A stretch of 64,000 nucleotides of DNA from Octopus vulgaris (GCA_951406725.2 OX597815.1:192138001-192202000); one strand, 5' to 3'; positions 37,010 to 52,250 are shown, numbered from the stretch's first letter. Notes: generated from the letters alone by a model not told the origin. Numbers and translations are program-made.

Positions 37010-37298
37010 CATATAAATATATATATATAAATAAATTTCCTTATAAATATGCACATAAATATATTTATGCATATATGTAGATACATATCAATGTATTTAT
37101 TTATATATATATATATACATACATACAAGTATGTGTATTTGTGTGTGTGTGTGTGTGTGTGTGTATGGAAGCATGTGCGTATATATAGAATATGTGTAGA
37201 TGTGCACATTTGGCAGGGTGGTTACTAATTACCGTTTGCAACTCTATGATTTTAGGTTCAATTCTACTGCATGGTACCTTGACCAAGTTTCTCCTCTA

Positions 37299-37331
<33 letters not shown>

Positions 37332-38818
37332 TATATATATATATATAATATCATCATCATTGTTTGACTGAAGACTGGCTCCTGTGCAGGTGGCACGTAA
37401 CGAGCACCATTTGAGCATGGTCATTGCCAGTACCTCCTGACTGGCTCTTGTGCCGGTGGCACACAAAAGCACCCATTACACTCTCAGAGTGGTTGGCGTT
37501 AAGAAGGGCATCCAGCTGTAGAAACTCTGCCAGATTAGATTGGAACCTGGTGCCGCCATCTGGTTTGCCAGTCCCCAGTCAAATCCCCTCACAAGTCTTT
37601 GGTCGGCCCGAGGCTATAGTAGAAGACACTTGCCCAAGGTTCCGCGTAGTGGGAATGAACCCGGAACCATGTGGTTCGTAAGCAAGCTACTTACTACACA
37701 GCCACTCATATTAAAAGAAATTATATATGTGTGTGTGTGTGTTTGAGTGTATGTGTATGTGTGTTTGTATATGTGTGTATACATCTGACGCCAATTCACA
37801 CCCTCTGCCAGTTGAACTGTTCATAGAATATTACAAGTAATTGTAATTTCTTCATCTTAGAGAACCATCCACCTGTGGAATTCTCGCATTCTTTCATTTA
37901 TTATAATATTCTTTTTATTTTATTTTTTTTGCTCTATAGAGAAAAGAAATGTTATTTCATGTGCAATTTTGAAAACCTGCCATGTATGGCACCCATACAG
38001 ATATGTCAATGATGTATGCTTCCTGGATTTACGACTGCGAACAAAAACTATACAATTTTTGTGTTGAGTGAAAAGGGGGGGAAAAAGTGGGGGAAGATAT
38101 TTTAATGTTTCAAAAGAGCATTTCTTATTTTAGCAGGGTGTTATTGATTTCTTTTAATTAGGCTGAGTTAAAATTAATGTAAAGTGCAACCTTTAAAGTT
38201 CTGAATAGCAGACCTTGGAATGGTAACAGTTAGTTCTTGGAGGAAAAAAAAAAAATAGCTTGCCAGCTTGCATTTGTGAATGAGTCATGAGTTCCAAATT
38301 TAGCTGATCCTTTTTTATTAAGATATGCAGGGAGGGAGGAATGGTGCTGCTTTTCCTTTCTTTGAATGAAGTAATATCTTTCTTCTCTTTTTTTTAAAAT
38401 TTTTTTTTTACTTGTTTTAGTAATTTGACTATGGCCATCCTGGGGCACTGCCATGAAGAATTTTTTAGATTGATCCCAGTACTTATTATTTTTTTTTTTT
38501 TAAACCTGGTGCTTGTTCTAACAGGCTCTTTTACCAAACAGTTCAGTTACAAGAATTAAACATACCAACACCTGGTTGTTAAATACTGGTGAGTGACAAA
38601 CACACACACACACAAACACTTTAAACCTGGTGCTTGTTCTAACAGGCTCTTTTACCAAACAGTTCAGTTACAAGAATTAAACATACCAACACCTGGTTGT
38701 TAAATACTGGTGAGTGACAAACACACACACACACAAACACATACATATATATATATGTACGTTGTATGTATATATATATATGTATGTATGTTGTGGGCAT
38801 ATATATATATGTTGTATG

Positions 38819-38871
<53 letters not shown>

Positions 38872-39018
38872 GTATGTGTGTATGTATATATATATGTGTA
38901 TATATATGTATGTGAATATATGTATGTATGTATATATATGTATGTATGCATGTATGTATATACATATATATATAATACGCATACACTCACACACATATAC
39001 ATTCTCGCACACACATAC

Positions 39019-39068
<50 letters not shown>

Positions 39069-41339
39069 TACACACACGCCAGTCTTCGTTCAGTTTCCAT
39101 GTACCAAATCCCCTCACAAGGCTTTGGTTGGCTTAAGGCTATAGTAGAAGGCATTTGGCCAAGGTGCCATACAGTAGGACTGAACCTGGGACCATGTGGT
39201 TGGGAAGCAACCTTCTTACCACACAGCCACACCTGCACGTAATATCTACATTTTCATGACATTAGACATCATCAGGATATTGAGACCCCTACCAGGGAAT
39301 ATGTTGAAGGCCTCTTAAGACAAGGAAAAGCAGTAAATGTCAGCTGTAAACTACTGTTGTTAGCATTGGGCAAAGTATTTGACTGAAGCAATGCCAGGGA
39401 ATAAAGATTTGTATCACCTGAGCGGAGACTACATTATGGATTGGTGGCAGGTTGGTGGCGGAGATGATTGTCAGAATGGCTAAGTGATGATGTGTAGAAT
39501 GCGTAGAACAGAGTGGAGAAAGAACCAGGGAATGAAGATGAAGTGATGAGTAGAAGAGACTGGAAAAAAAAAGAAGAAAAAAGAGGGAGAGAGAGAGAGA
39601 GGAGAAGAAAAGGGAATATGAGAAAAAAAAAAATAAATGATGGTTTTATTGATTTTCCTGTTAGTCTAGTCAGCATGAGAGAATCTTAATTCTCTGAGAG
39701 TTGCTATTGAGAAGGTACAAATACATTTTTAAATTTGAATTCTCGAAATAATTGACTAACATTTGGTGCAATTTCTTTCTGCTTCAATCGTTATTTTCCT
39801 GGTACTTTCAGTTTCACATTCAATGACACATTGTAGCAACTTAATGCTTTCATAGTGAAATACAGATATTATTGATACAATAGTTTCGCTGTTGCTTGTT
39901 GTTACTTGTTGGTTCTGGTTCACGTAAGCTGTTTATATCAGATTACATGTCTAATCTCTATTTGCTACATGCGAGCATTGCCATAATGAATTTATATCTG
40001 AGGATCTTTTAATGCAACCTGGTGATTCAATATCTCAGAACTTGGTGAGTGATAAGATCAGTGCCTGCCCCATGTGAGTTTCACCAGTTGAATTAATAAC
40101 CTTCCAGTTTTCCCTGCAAAAAAAATATCCCAGAATATTGATGAATATAACTAAGTGAAACTGTCTATTATATAATTCTGCTAAGATGGTATTCCCACCT
40201 ACTGCTGCACTGCTAAAAATACCATCTATTCTTCTTTCACCTTCATTATCATCATAACCTTCAATAACATCTCTCACTCAAATCCCTTCACTTTCTCTCC
40301 TTCCTTTCTTTTCCACTTCTCTTTCTCTCTCTCTCAGAATTCCTAACTATGAGTAGTTACAATTGATTGATCATTCCTTGTGTGCTGGAACTTCAAAATA
40401 GTCATATTATTTACTTTATTGCATCTAGCTTTTCTTTTTCTTCTCACTGTGCAACTAATACAAGATGCTGGTATTTCAAATAAAAAGAAAAAAAAGGAAA
40501 GAAAAAAAGGCTTGTTGCTTTAATATTTGAGGTAAAATAATATTAATAAATGCACTACTAACAACATACATAGTCTAATAATTAATTTTTGAAGTAAACA
40601 AATTTGAAATAAAGCAACAATGATAATACTAGCAACACCAAAAAAGAAAAGCAAAATATATTTTTGCCTGTGGACCTATAGAGAGGCAGGAATCCTTCAA
40701 TTTCCCTGGAATAAGCTTGGAGAAATATCTTCAGTTACAACGTGACTCTGATATCCCCTCTGGCAGTAAATGGTCGTTAATGACTCCAGGAATGGAATGC
40801 TTTATAGAAATGACTAATAAGAGCTTGATTGTATCTCTCTATCTCTACCTCTGTCTGTCTGTCTGTCTGTGTGTCTCTCTTTTTTTTTTTTTTTTTTTGC
40901 TTTGTTCAGTCGTTTATTTGTGTCCTATATTCTGTACACTGTTATTTCTTGATTTTGTTCTTCAATCATATGTGACTTAAATGCACATAATCCATTATTA
41001 TTATTATTATTATCATTATCATCATCATTATTATTATTATTATTATCATTATTATTATTATTATTATTATTTTTCTCCTCCGCAATCTCATCATCACCAC
41101 CACCGCCGCAGCCATCACCACCACCACCACCCCCCAACCACCACCACCATCATCATCATCATCATTGTAATCACTATTATTACAATTATTATTATTATTA
41201 ACAATATTATTATAATTCTCCTCCTCCACAATCTCATCGCCGCAGCCACCACCACCACCATCATCATCATCATAATTATAATCACTATTATTACAATTAT
41301 TATTATTACAATTATTATTATCATCATCATCATCATCAC

Positions 41340-41382
<43 letters not shown>

Positions 41383-42000
41383 GTCCATATATAATCAATA
41401 GATGCATAAACATCATTCCATATGCAACAACAATAACGGAATTACTTCTAAAATACCATTCTTCCTTTGGTCCTGAAGAATAGTGACTGATATGAATTTC
41501 AACAATACTTTAAGGAAAAGCAAAAAAAAACAAAATCAAAAAAAAAAAAATATATATATATGTATATACAAAAAAAAAAATATATAAATATCGATTATTT
41601 GTTTTCATTACTGCTGTTTACATTTCTCGTATTTCTTGCAGTCTGTTTTCTTCTTACCCATTTGAAGAAATCCGGGAGTGCGTTCTAAGATGCTACTACG
41701 TACCATACACACTTGCATGGCATGCTTACTTTTAAATGAAGGTTTATCAATGCGGTTTCACCTATGCTTACAAATATATACACCAACACATGATCATGCA
41801 TGCACACATAAGTGTATACACACTGTGTGTGTGTGCGTGGCTGTGTGGTAAGAGGTAAGCTTCCCAGCCATATAGTTCTGGGTTCAGTCCCACTGCGTGG
41901 CGTGGCACTTTCAGCAAGTATCGTTTAAAACAGCCTCAGGCAGACCAAACCTTTGTATAGATGGAATCTGAAAGAAGCCCTCTGTATATATATATATATA

Positions 42001-42483
42001 CAGGGTGTGGTGAATAAACTGTCGTCTAAATTATGCAAAACTGAAAATTGCACTGACATCTCATTTTAACAGACATTCTCTTTTACTCTTTTACTTGTTT
42101 CAGTCGTTTGACTGTGGCCATGCTGGAGCACTGTCTTTAGTTGAGCAAATCGACCCCAGGACTTATTCTTTGTAAGCCTAGTACTTATTCTAAACATCAT
42201 GATGTTGACTGGATATTTGATTTTTATCTCTCTCAGTACAAGTCTTCAGACTGCACTGTCTTCAGACCGACATCCAACCTCTTTGGAGCATCTGCTGTGA
42301 ATGCTAGGCAGTACAGCATATTGTTTCCACATTTCTGGCAGAGTGAATTGTGTCATGGTACTGTTTGTCTCACAGATAGTGCCCAACTGACCCTACTATA
42401 CTGTATAGTTGACAAAATTAAAAACAATGTGCATACATGAAATTAAAAATATAAAATAGTGACAATTTACCCATTACAACCTG
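42001..42483. mobile_element. Tc1/mariner non-autonomous element with a nested SINE B fragment
   Basis: TA-CAGGGTGTGGTGAATAAACTGTC / GACAATTTACCCATTACAACCTG-TA imperfect TIRs; SINE B tail at 42078-42190. Confidence 0.75.
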
Positions 42484-43211
42484 TATGTACATGCACACAT
42501 GTATATGTGTGTGTATGTGTGTGTTTGTGTGTATGTGTGCACACTTGTGTGGTAAGAAGCTTGCTTCCCAACGCCATGGTTCTGGGTTCAGTTCCACTGC
42601 ATGGCATCTTGGGCAATTATCTTCTACTATAGCCTTCGCTCAAACTGAACAAAACCTTGTGTGTGGAGTTTGTGGATAGAAACTGGAAGAAGCCTGTCAT
42701 ATGTGCGTGCATGTGTGTGTGTGTGTTCGCTTGTGTGTGTGTGTGTGTGTTTGTCCCTCACCTTTGCTTGACAACCAGTTTTCTTTTGTTTACACTGCCA
42801 TAACTTAGCAGTTGAGCAAAAACAAACTGATAAAGCAAGTACCTGATCTGAAAAAAAAAAAAAAAGATTTGGGGTCAATTCATTCAACTAAAATTCATGA
42901 AGGTGGTGCCCCAGCATGGCCACAGTCTAATGACTGAAACAAATAATATATAAAGATAATAATCACATTATTTGAAGTCAGTGTGTGTGTATGTGCATGT
43001 ATTTCTTTTACTCTTTTACTTGTTCCTGTCATTTCACTGTGGCCATGCTGGAGCACCACCTTTGGTCAAACAAATCAATCCCAAGACTTATTCTTTGTAA
43101 GCCTAGTACTTATTCTATCGTTCACTTTGACCAAACTGCTAAGTTACAGGGAGGTAAACACACCAGCATCGGTTGTCAAATGACAGTTGGGGGACAATCA
43201 CAGACACACAA

Positions 43212-43244
<33 letters not shown>

Positions 43245-43982
43245 CACACACACACACATGTATATATATGATGGGCTTCTTTCAGTTTCCGTCTACCAAA
43301 TCCACTCAATGCATTGGTTGGTCCAAAGCTATAGTAGACACTTGCCCACGTTGCCATGCAGTAGGACTGAACCCGGAACCATGTGGTTTGGAAGTAAGCA
43401 TCTTAGCACACAGCCACTCCTGCGTATATATAAATATTTTTGATTGTGTGTGTGTGGGGGGGGGATGTGATAGTATGTCAGAGTATGTGTGTATGTTTGT
43501 GTGTATATATATATATGTATGTATATATCACCATCATATAATGTCCGTTGTGCATGCTGGTGTGGGTTGTATATATATATATATATACTGGAGTAAACAC
43601 ATAAATATGGAACAAGGTGTAAAAAAGAGTACTCAAATACCAGTGGTAGAGTAATATGCTTTATTTAAAGCAAAGGTATATATATATATATATATAAATT
43701 ACAAAGTGAGATAGGGGTTGTGAGTGTAACCCACTATGAGATAACATTTATCCAATATATTGCCAGTAAAGTACCCAGAAATGCTAATACATAAATGCTA
43801 AGAATTGCAATGCAATTAATTCATTTATTGTATTATATGGGCAAAGGTAAAATGTTTTACCTCAAATTCATAATACAAAATAAGAAAATGGAGGAATAGA
43901 TTTTAATCAGTCATCAACTACTAGATAATACCAATGAATTGGTATTATCTAGTAGTTGATTAAAATCTATTCCTCCATTTTT

Positions 43983-44075
<93 letters not shown>

Positions 44076-44269
44076 GTATATTTCTGCTTTCATGTTTACA
44101 TGAGTATATATGTATATATATATATATATGTATGTATGTGTGTGTGTATATTTCAGTGAGTGTATATGTGCATACCTGTGTATGTATATGTATGCGTAAC
44201 ACTTCATATGATATTATGCGTACACAATTTAATATATATATATATATATATGAGTGCATGCCAGCTTGC

Positions 44270-44500
44270 ATATGTGTCTGTGTAGAACAACAGAAAAATA
44301 TCAAAGAAAGTATAAAGAAGAGAGGATATCTACTGAGGAAGCAGAGGGCCAAAGAGGGGAAACAAGAGAGGAACTCGTGTTTTTTAAAGGACACAAAAGC
44401 TATTGAAAGTAAACTGCCCTCCCCATCGGTGCTGCGTCTGCTGAATAACATGGTTTCTATTTTAGGTATTTGTCTTCAATAAACCAGTGCAGTTTTTACA
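44270..44500 (+). repeat. Unclassified dispersed repeat; inverted copy at ~49220-49500
   Basis: GAGAGGATATCTACTGAGGAAGCAGAGGGCCAAAGAG matches the reverse complement at ~49397-49433. Confidence 0.75.
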
Positions 44501-44665
44501 CACATATAGCTAAATACACACACGCATACATCTATATATGTGCGTGTGTTTCTGTAGTATTTATGTCTATATACATATGTATATATATTCTATATATATA
44601 TGTGAATGTAGTATTTATGTATTTATATATACATGTGTGTGTGTGTATATATATATGTGTATGTT

Positions 44666-44697
<32 letters not shown>

Positions 44698-45639
44698 ACT
44701 ATGTACATATATGTTTATTGTCATATGTGTATATATATATATATACGTATTTATATGGTATATATGTGTGTGTGTGTGTGCATATAAATATATATCCATA
44801 TACACCTACACTGATATTGATCTATTTAGCTATTTGTCTACCTCCCTCTCTCTCTCTCCTTCTATACTTATATTTATGTGTGTATGTGCGTGTTTATACA
44901 CTTATACACATATGTATATATGTGTGTGTGTGCCTACATGAATATGTATCTATGCATTTATACACATACATACACTTATATATGTGCACATGCATATATG
45001 TGTGTGTCTACATGATTGTATATGTGTGTGTTTATACACATATACATACATGTATATGTGCACATGTATATATCTGCGTGTGTTTACATGCTCAAAAGAA
45101 AACTGATGATTAGTTATTTCATTTCGAAGTCACTTTCACACAGTCAAATATAGTTCTTTTTCCACTTCCCTTATTTTGTGTAATAGATGTTTGAACTAAC
45201 CTTGCATGTCTGGTCTAGTGGGCAAATATCTGGGTTCCTATAGTTGCAATCTACAGTACACATCTTGGTTGGCTTATGTGAAATGATATTTTCCCTATAA
45301 GGACCACAGCTGAAGGAAACTTCTACGGAAGTCTATTGATGATTTCTGTGGAAGGTGGCGAGTTGGCAGAATCATTAGCATGCCAGGTGAAGTGCTTAGC
45401 GGTATTTCGTCTGTCTTTACATTCTGTGTTCAAATTCCGCCGAGGTCAACTTTGCCTTTCATCCTTTCAGGGTCGATTAAATAAGTACCAGTTACCCACT
45501 GGGGTCGATATAATCGACTTCATCCGTTTGTCTGTCCTTGTTTGTCCCTTCTGTGTGTAGCCCCTTGTGGGCAGTAAAGAAATAAGAAAACTATTGATGA
45601 TTTTCTTATATCTACGGCTATCAAGGAAATGTTTATCAA

Positions 45640-45800
45640 TCAGGGTTAGGAATATAGGAATAGACAAAAAACAAAGCACAAAGCTAGCAGACCATATCTT
45701 GAACATGAAGGAGTGTAATAGACCCCACACCATCAACTGGTGCAAACTTGTAAAGAATGTGCACTCTCTGTATAGCTCAAAAAACACACATCCTTATTAG
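45640..45800 (+). pseudogene. Penelope-like element GIY-YIG endonuclease C-terminal remnant
   Basis: DKKQSTKLADHILNMKECNRPHTINW resembles the PLE K..ST.LS.HIW.LK......I.W segment. Confidence 0.6.
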
Positions 45801-46420
45801 ATCAAAGAACTACACCGACCTTCTAAAGTTGAGATCAGAAACTTTTACAAGATGTATGCTCCTTGAATAGTTTCTGTTAACAAACTGGAAGGCATCCCAC
45901 CAGCACCACCAGACTAGACATACTTTAGCTTTTCCATATTTGACTATATATTTTTTAAGTGTAATACTCTTGACTTTGACAATACATTTAGTAAGTTAAA
46001 AGGACAAGAGCTAAATTCATGAATCGAGTTATCCCTATTTCACTGAAATCGTTTCTTAATATTTTCACCTCCATTTTTTTTTCTCATAATGTTTTTCATA
46101 TTTTTTGACGTTGCTTCACAGAATAACCATTCTTGATGGGTGGCTAGATTTTGCTTACTACGCTGTATAAGCCCATCCAATTCTGCATTATCATGAAACT
46201 TGAAATAGTTCATGTATAACACGACATCTTTTTCTGGATTAAATAATTCTTTGTTGTTGACCCTATTATCAAATAAACAGTACAATATGTATAAGTATGC
46301 AATGGGCTTCTTTCAAATTCCCTTTCAAAAATTAATTCACAAAGCTTTTGATTGGATGGGAAGTAAACATTATCACCTCAAACTTATGCTTGCAAAATGT
46401 GTTTGTGGGTATGTTGCTGA

Positions 46421-46750
46421 GATCCCCTTTGGTCATGACTGACCATGGGATTGCACCTAGAAAGTTACCCTCTCAGGCACAAGTCCGGGCAAGGTTGTTT
46501 ATGGAAGACCAGCAGTTGCCCATGCATACCGGCCTCTCCTATCCATGCCACCAGTGTTATCCAATAGAAAGGCAAAAGCCGATACTGCTTGGCACCTGTG
46601 ACGTCGCAACTCATAGCTGAGTGAACTGGAGCAACGTGAAACAAAGTGTCTTGCTTAAGAACACAACATGCAGCTCGGTCTGGGATTCGAACTCACAACA
46701 TCATGATCGTAAGCTCAACGCTCTAACCACTGAGCCATGGGCCTTCACTA
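46421..46750 (-). mobile_element. tRNA-derived CORE-like SINE family D
   Basis: Reverse complement of the copy at 52424-52763. Confidence 0.85.
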
Positions 46751-47169
46751 TGTGTATGTATGTGTATATCTAAGCACACACACACATTTATATTTTGTTT
46801 GTTTTTGTTTTGTCTGTGTGGTAAGAAACTTGCTTCCTAATCACATGGTCCTGGGTTCAGTTTCACTGCATGGCACTTTGAGCTGACCAATGCCTTGTGA
46901 GTGGATTTGGTAAACGGAAATTGAAAGAAGCCCATCATATATATATATATTTCTGTGTTTGTGTCTGTGTTTGTTCCACCACCATCGCTTGACAACTGAT
47001 GTTGGTGTGTTTATGTCTCCATAACTTAGTGGATTGGCAAAAAGAGACCAATGAAATAAGTACCAGACTTACAAAGAATAAGTCCTGGGGTGAATTTCTT
47101 TGAATAAAAAATAGTACTGCAGCATGGCTGCAGTCAAAAGGACTGAAACAAGTAAAAGAATAAAAGAAT

Positions 47170-47212
<43 letters not shown>

Positions 47213-47648
47213 GTGTGTGTGTGTGTGTGTGTGGGAGTGTCTGTGCTATATGAACGTGTGTGTGCCTATATATATATATATACTCATACACACATGCGCA
47301 TACACTCACACCAGTCAATATGTATATAGGATCATGTGTATGGTCTGTAAGAACGTGTAAGAGTTATTTGTATTAGAAGTCTACTTGTTATTCTTCTCTG
47401 CATTCACATGTTCACTCTCAGCATGATCGGAAAGCAAAGGAAGCAGACAAACAAGAGAATGGAAAAGTCATGCGTACATGTATGCGTGTGTGTATATATA
47501 TAAACAAGAATATATATCTACACATACACACACACACACACTCACATATATATATAGAGAGAGAGAGGAAATGTTATGTTCATACAGAAAAGAGCACTCA
47601 GCACATTTAATAGAGTATAATATATCTAAGTGTGTGTTGATGTGTATG

Positions 47649-47725
<77 letters not shown>

Positions 47726-47985
47726 GTGTTTGTTTATTTTCTTTTTGCAAAATTCTTGGTGTGAAATCATGTGTTGAAACAGATATTGTTGTATTTGGGG
47801 ATGGTCATGCTGCCAGGAGTGGCTGTGTGGTAAGTAGTTTGCTTACCAACCACATGGTTCCGGGTTCAGTCCCACTGCATGGCACCTTGGGCAAGTGTCT
47901 TCTACTATAGCCTCAGGCCAACCAAAGCCTTGTGAGTGGATTTGGTAGACGGAAACTCAAAGAAGCCCGTCATGTATATATGTAT

Positions 47986-48077
<92 letters not shown>

Positions 48078-48221
48078 GTGCAAATCGACCCCTGGACTTA
48101 TTCTTTGTAAGCCTAGTAATTATTCTATAGGTCCCGCTTGCTGAACCACTAAGTTACAGTGACATAAACACACCAGCATCCGATGTCAAGCGATGTTGGG
48201 GGGACAAACACAGACACACAA

Positions 48222-48290
<69 letters not shown>

Positions 48291-48827
48291 CGACGGGCTT
48301 CTTTCAGTTTCTGTCTACCAAATCCACTCACAAGGCTTTGGTCAGCCCAAGGCTATAGTAGGAGACACTTGCCCAAGGTGCCACACAGTGGGACCGGAAG
48401 CATGTGGCTGGTAAGCAAGCTACTTACCACACAGCCACTCCTATGCCTATGCATATATATATCAGGTGTGTATATGTTAGTAAAGTTCTGGGGTAGATTC
48501 ATCTGTCTCTCTCTGTCTCTTTATCTGTCTCTCTTGTCTTTCTTTCGTACTCCATCTCTGGGTCACCTATGTTGTTCTGCATGTATCCCAATTTTTAGAC
48601 CATGCATTTTGTATCCCTTCATCTAATAACTGATGACTAAAATGGCTTCCACCCGTAAAGATGTTTTGCTGTAAAATAATGCTGCAGAAAACGAAAAAAA
48701 CACACAAAAAAAAACAAAGGGTAAAAAGGGAAAAGAAAACCCATCCACCCATGGTGTTATCAGAATAACAATGTAAAACGACCAAGATGCTGAGGATAAA
48801 GATGAGAACTATATCTATCATCCTACC

Positions 48828-48858
<31 letters not shown>

Positions 48859-48884
48859 CTACCTTTCTGTCTATGTATTTACAA

Positions 48885-48918
<34 letters not shown>

Positions 48919-48974
48919 TCTATTCTTTTATTTGTTTCAGTCATATGATTGTGGCCATGTTGGAGCACTGTATA

Positions 48975-49007
<33 letters not shown>

Positions 49008-49090
49008 GTATGTATAAACATCTATGTGTATGTATATGTCTGTATGTATATATATTATATATATATATATATTATATATGTATATGTATG

Positions 49091-49132
<42 letters not shown>

Positions 49133-50156
49133 ATATAAATACACATACACACATATACATATATATGTGTGCATACCTGCATGCATGTGTGTGTTGTGTG
49201 TATGCATGTATGAACGGTAAAAACTACATTGGCATAGTAGATATAAATACCTGGCATACCTAAAATAGAAAACATTATTCATCAGAGGTAACAGGGATAC
49301 ACACAGAGTACTCTACTTTCAAGAGCTTTTGTCTCCTTTAAAAAAACACACAAGTTCCCCCTGTTTTTTTTTTTTTGATTTCGTTTGTTTTTCCCACTCT
49401 TTGGCCCTCTGCTTCCTCAGTAGATATCCTCTCTCATTCATTCTTTCTTTGATATTTTCTATTGTTGTACACGTACGGGCATGGAAGCTGGTATGCATAC
49501 ACATACATATATATGTGCAGGTGTACGATCACATAGATACACATAGGTGCATTATACTCATGCAACAGAAGTACACTTACCACACACACACATACATAAA
49601 TGCATATTCTTTTATATATATATATACAAACACATCTATGCATATATACATACATACATACATAAATACATATCTGTGTGTGTGTGTTTATATATATATA
49701 TATTTATTATAAGTATATATATGCATCATATGTATACATATATATTATATGTATGTTTATATATATGTATTATATGTATACTTATATATCATATGTATAT
49801 ATGTATGTTTATACATATGTATATATATGTATATGTATATATATATATATTATATGTATGCATATGTATATATATATATTATATGTATATATATATTATA
49901 TGTATACATATATATATATATTATATGTATACATATATATATGTATGTATATAGATATCTTTTGCCTTCTTTACCTGTTTCAGTTAATGGTTATGATGGA
50001 GCACTGCATGATTTATATTGGATATATACTTATATATGTGTATTTTTATATGTGTGTGTGTGTGTGTGTGTATGTGTTTGTGTGCACATGCATATATATG
50101 TGTATTTATGTGTATACACCATTCATAAATATTCGGGCATATATAATCACCCATGA

Positions 50157-50195
<39 letters not shown>

Positions 50196-50268
50196 TCCAC
50201 GTACAGGTATATTCATGCACGCACTATGAAATACACGCATGCTGATACACACACAAGCAGACCCATAT

Positions 50269-50307
<39 letters not shown>

Positions 50308-52214
50308 TACATACAGCTATACGTACGTACAAAATAAGATGGTGTTATCAATGTTATCATTGTTCTTTGAATTTGGAAGCAAAATAGTTGTATTATTAAT
50401 ATTCATAACGAGATCCGCTCTTATGCGTACATATTGCACTTGTTCACAAACACGCGCACACACACACACACAATGCACTTGCACGTAACAGATGCACACA
50501 CACACACACATGTGTGTGTACAGATGCACTCATGCACATGCTTGTAAATATGAACCTCTGTCCTCTATGTTTTCTAGCAATTTGAATCACTGCTTCTTTC
50601 TCCATATCGTCACCATCACTAGATATCAATAACCACTCCTACTCCTCCTTCTTCTCTTCCTCCTCCTCCTCCACTTCCATCCTCACTCACCTTATTTTTC
50701 ACTTCTCCCTCCTCCTCCCCACCACCCTCCTCATTCTTCACTTTCTTCTTCTTTTTCTCCCCATCCTCTCCCTCTTTATTATACACTTCCTCCTTTTCTT
50801 CTTCTTTTTCCTCCTCCCCCTCCTCCACTTCTCCCATCCTTTCCCTCTTCATTTCCTCCTTCTTCTCCCCATCATCTCCCTCCTTATTCTTCACTTCCTC
50901 CATCTTCTCCCCATCCACTCCTTCCTTATTCATCACATCCTCCCCCTCTTCTTCTTTTCTTCTCTCTCATTCTCTTCCTCCTCCTTGTCACCCATCCTCT
51001 CCATCCTTATTCTTATCTTCTCTTTCCCCACCTTCCACCCCTCATCCTCCTTCCATCTTACCACTGCCACCACCACCACCACCACCACCATCACCACCAT
51101 TGCCACAACCACCCTCATTAGCATTGCTGAAGGATCCCTTTCCTCTCACAAGGGAAGAGATGTCACTAGCAGAAAATCTGAATCCAGTTCAAGGAGCAAC
51201 AGTCTTAGTTAACACTTTTAAAATTTATCCCAAGAGATTTTCTATAGAAATTAGAGCCAGCACCAAAAGTTACATTTCATATACAAATATGTCTATGTAA
51301 AAAATGTGACTGAAGAAAGAAAAATAGTTAACAGACGGACGTTAAGATACCAGCTATTAATAGTGTTAGATATAACAACATCACCTCTCGGATCTTTGTA
51401 GGTTTTTGTCAGTGTTTACAATTTTCTTCCAATTGTTTTCAAATTTGGTATATAGATTAAGTTTTGTATACCAGTTAAGGAAATGAAATTCATTTTCCTA
51501 CAAATCCGTAATTAAGAAGTCTGAGGTATGTATCGTCGGTTCCAGAAGTAATGGTATCTTTATATCGAGAGAAGACGAATGACCAGTGCTTGGATGTTCT
51601 AGCAGCTTCTGGAACACTAGGAAGAACTTCCAATCTTTCGGGACGTAAGCCTCACTCCATATTCTAAACAAATTAAATTAAAGTATAATACTGACAGTTC
51701 GAAAAAGAAAGCAGTGAACTTGGGTTGTATCTGAGAACTACAAAATACATCAGAAAGTCTTTCTACAATCTACATAATTACATAAAATCACAACATGGCC
51801 TTTAAAATTTGCAAAATTTGGGTATTTAAGCCAATCAGAAGCAAGTATTTTATTATCAAGTTATTTGAAAATTAGTTGATAAATTAATTAAGGAATATAT
51901 TAATTAACTAATTTGTTAAAAGTTCTTTAGACCCAACCTCTGTGACCTTATTAATAATGATGTGCCCCTCTTTGGCAGCATGACCCTTCCAAAGAATAAC
52001 AATATCAGTTTCAAAACATATGATTCCACATTCAAGAATCTTGCTAAACATGCAAAACCGAAATCATCATCATCACCACCACCACCACCATTATTATTTC
52101 TCTTTATCACAGGTTTTGTTGGGGCTCCTTGAGTCTTGCATGCATAGCAGGTTTCCTACCTGCAGCTTACAGTATCATGCTATCCATTTTTTTCAGCTAT
52201 CTAATACATTCCTG

Positions 52215-52244
<30 letters not shown>

Positions 52245-52250
<6 letters not shown>

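Noticed and set aside
49270-49290. CTGATGA on the minus strand as a hammerhead core
   Set aside because: No downstream stem II plus GAAA
51300-51900. Non-repetitive-looking block, possibly a DNA transposon or exon
   Set aside because: No TIR pair, TSD, ORF or splice pattern that I could support
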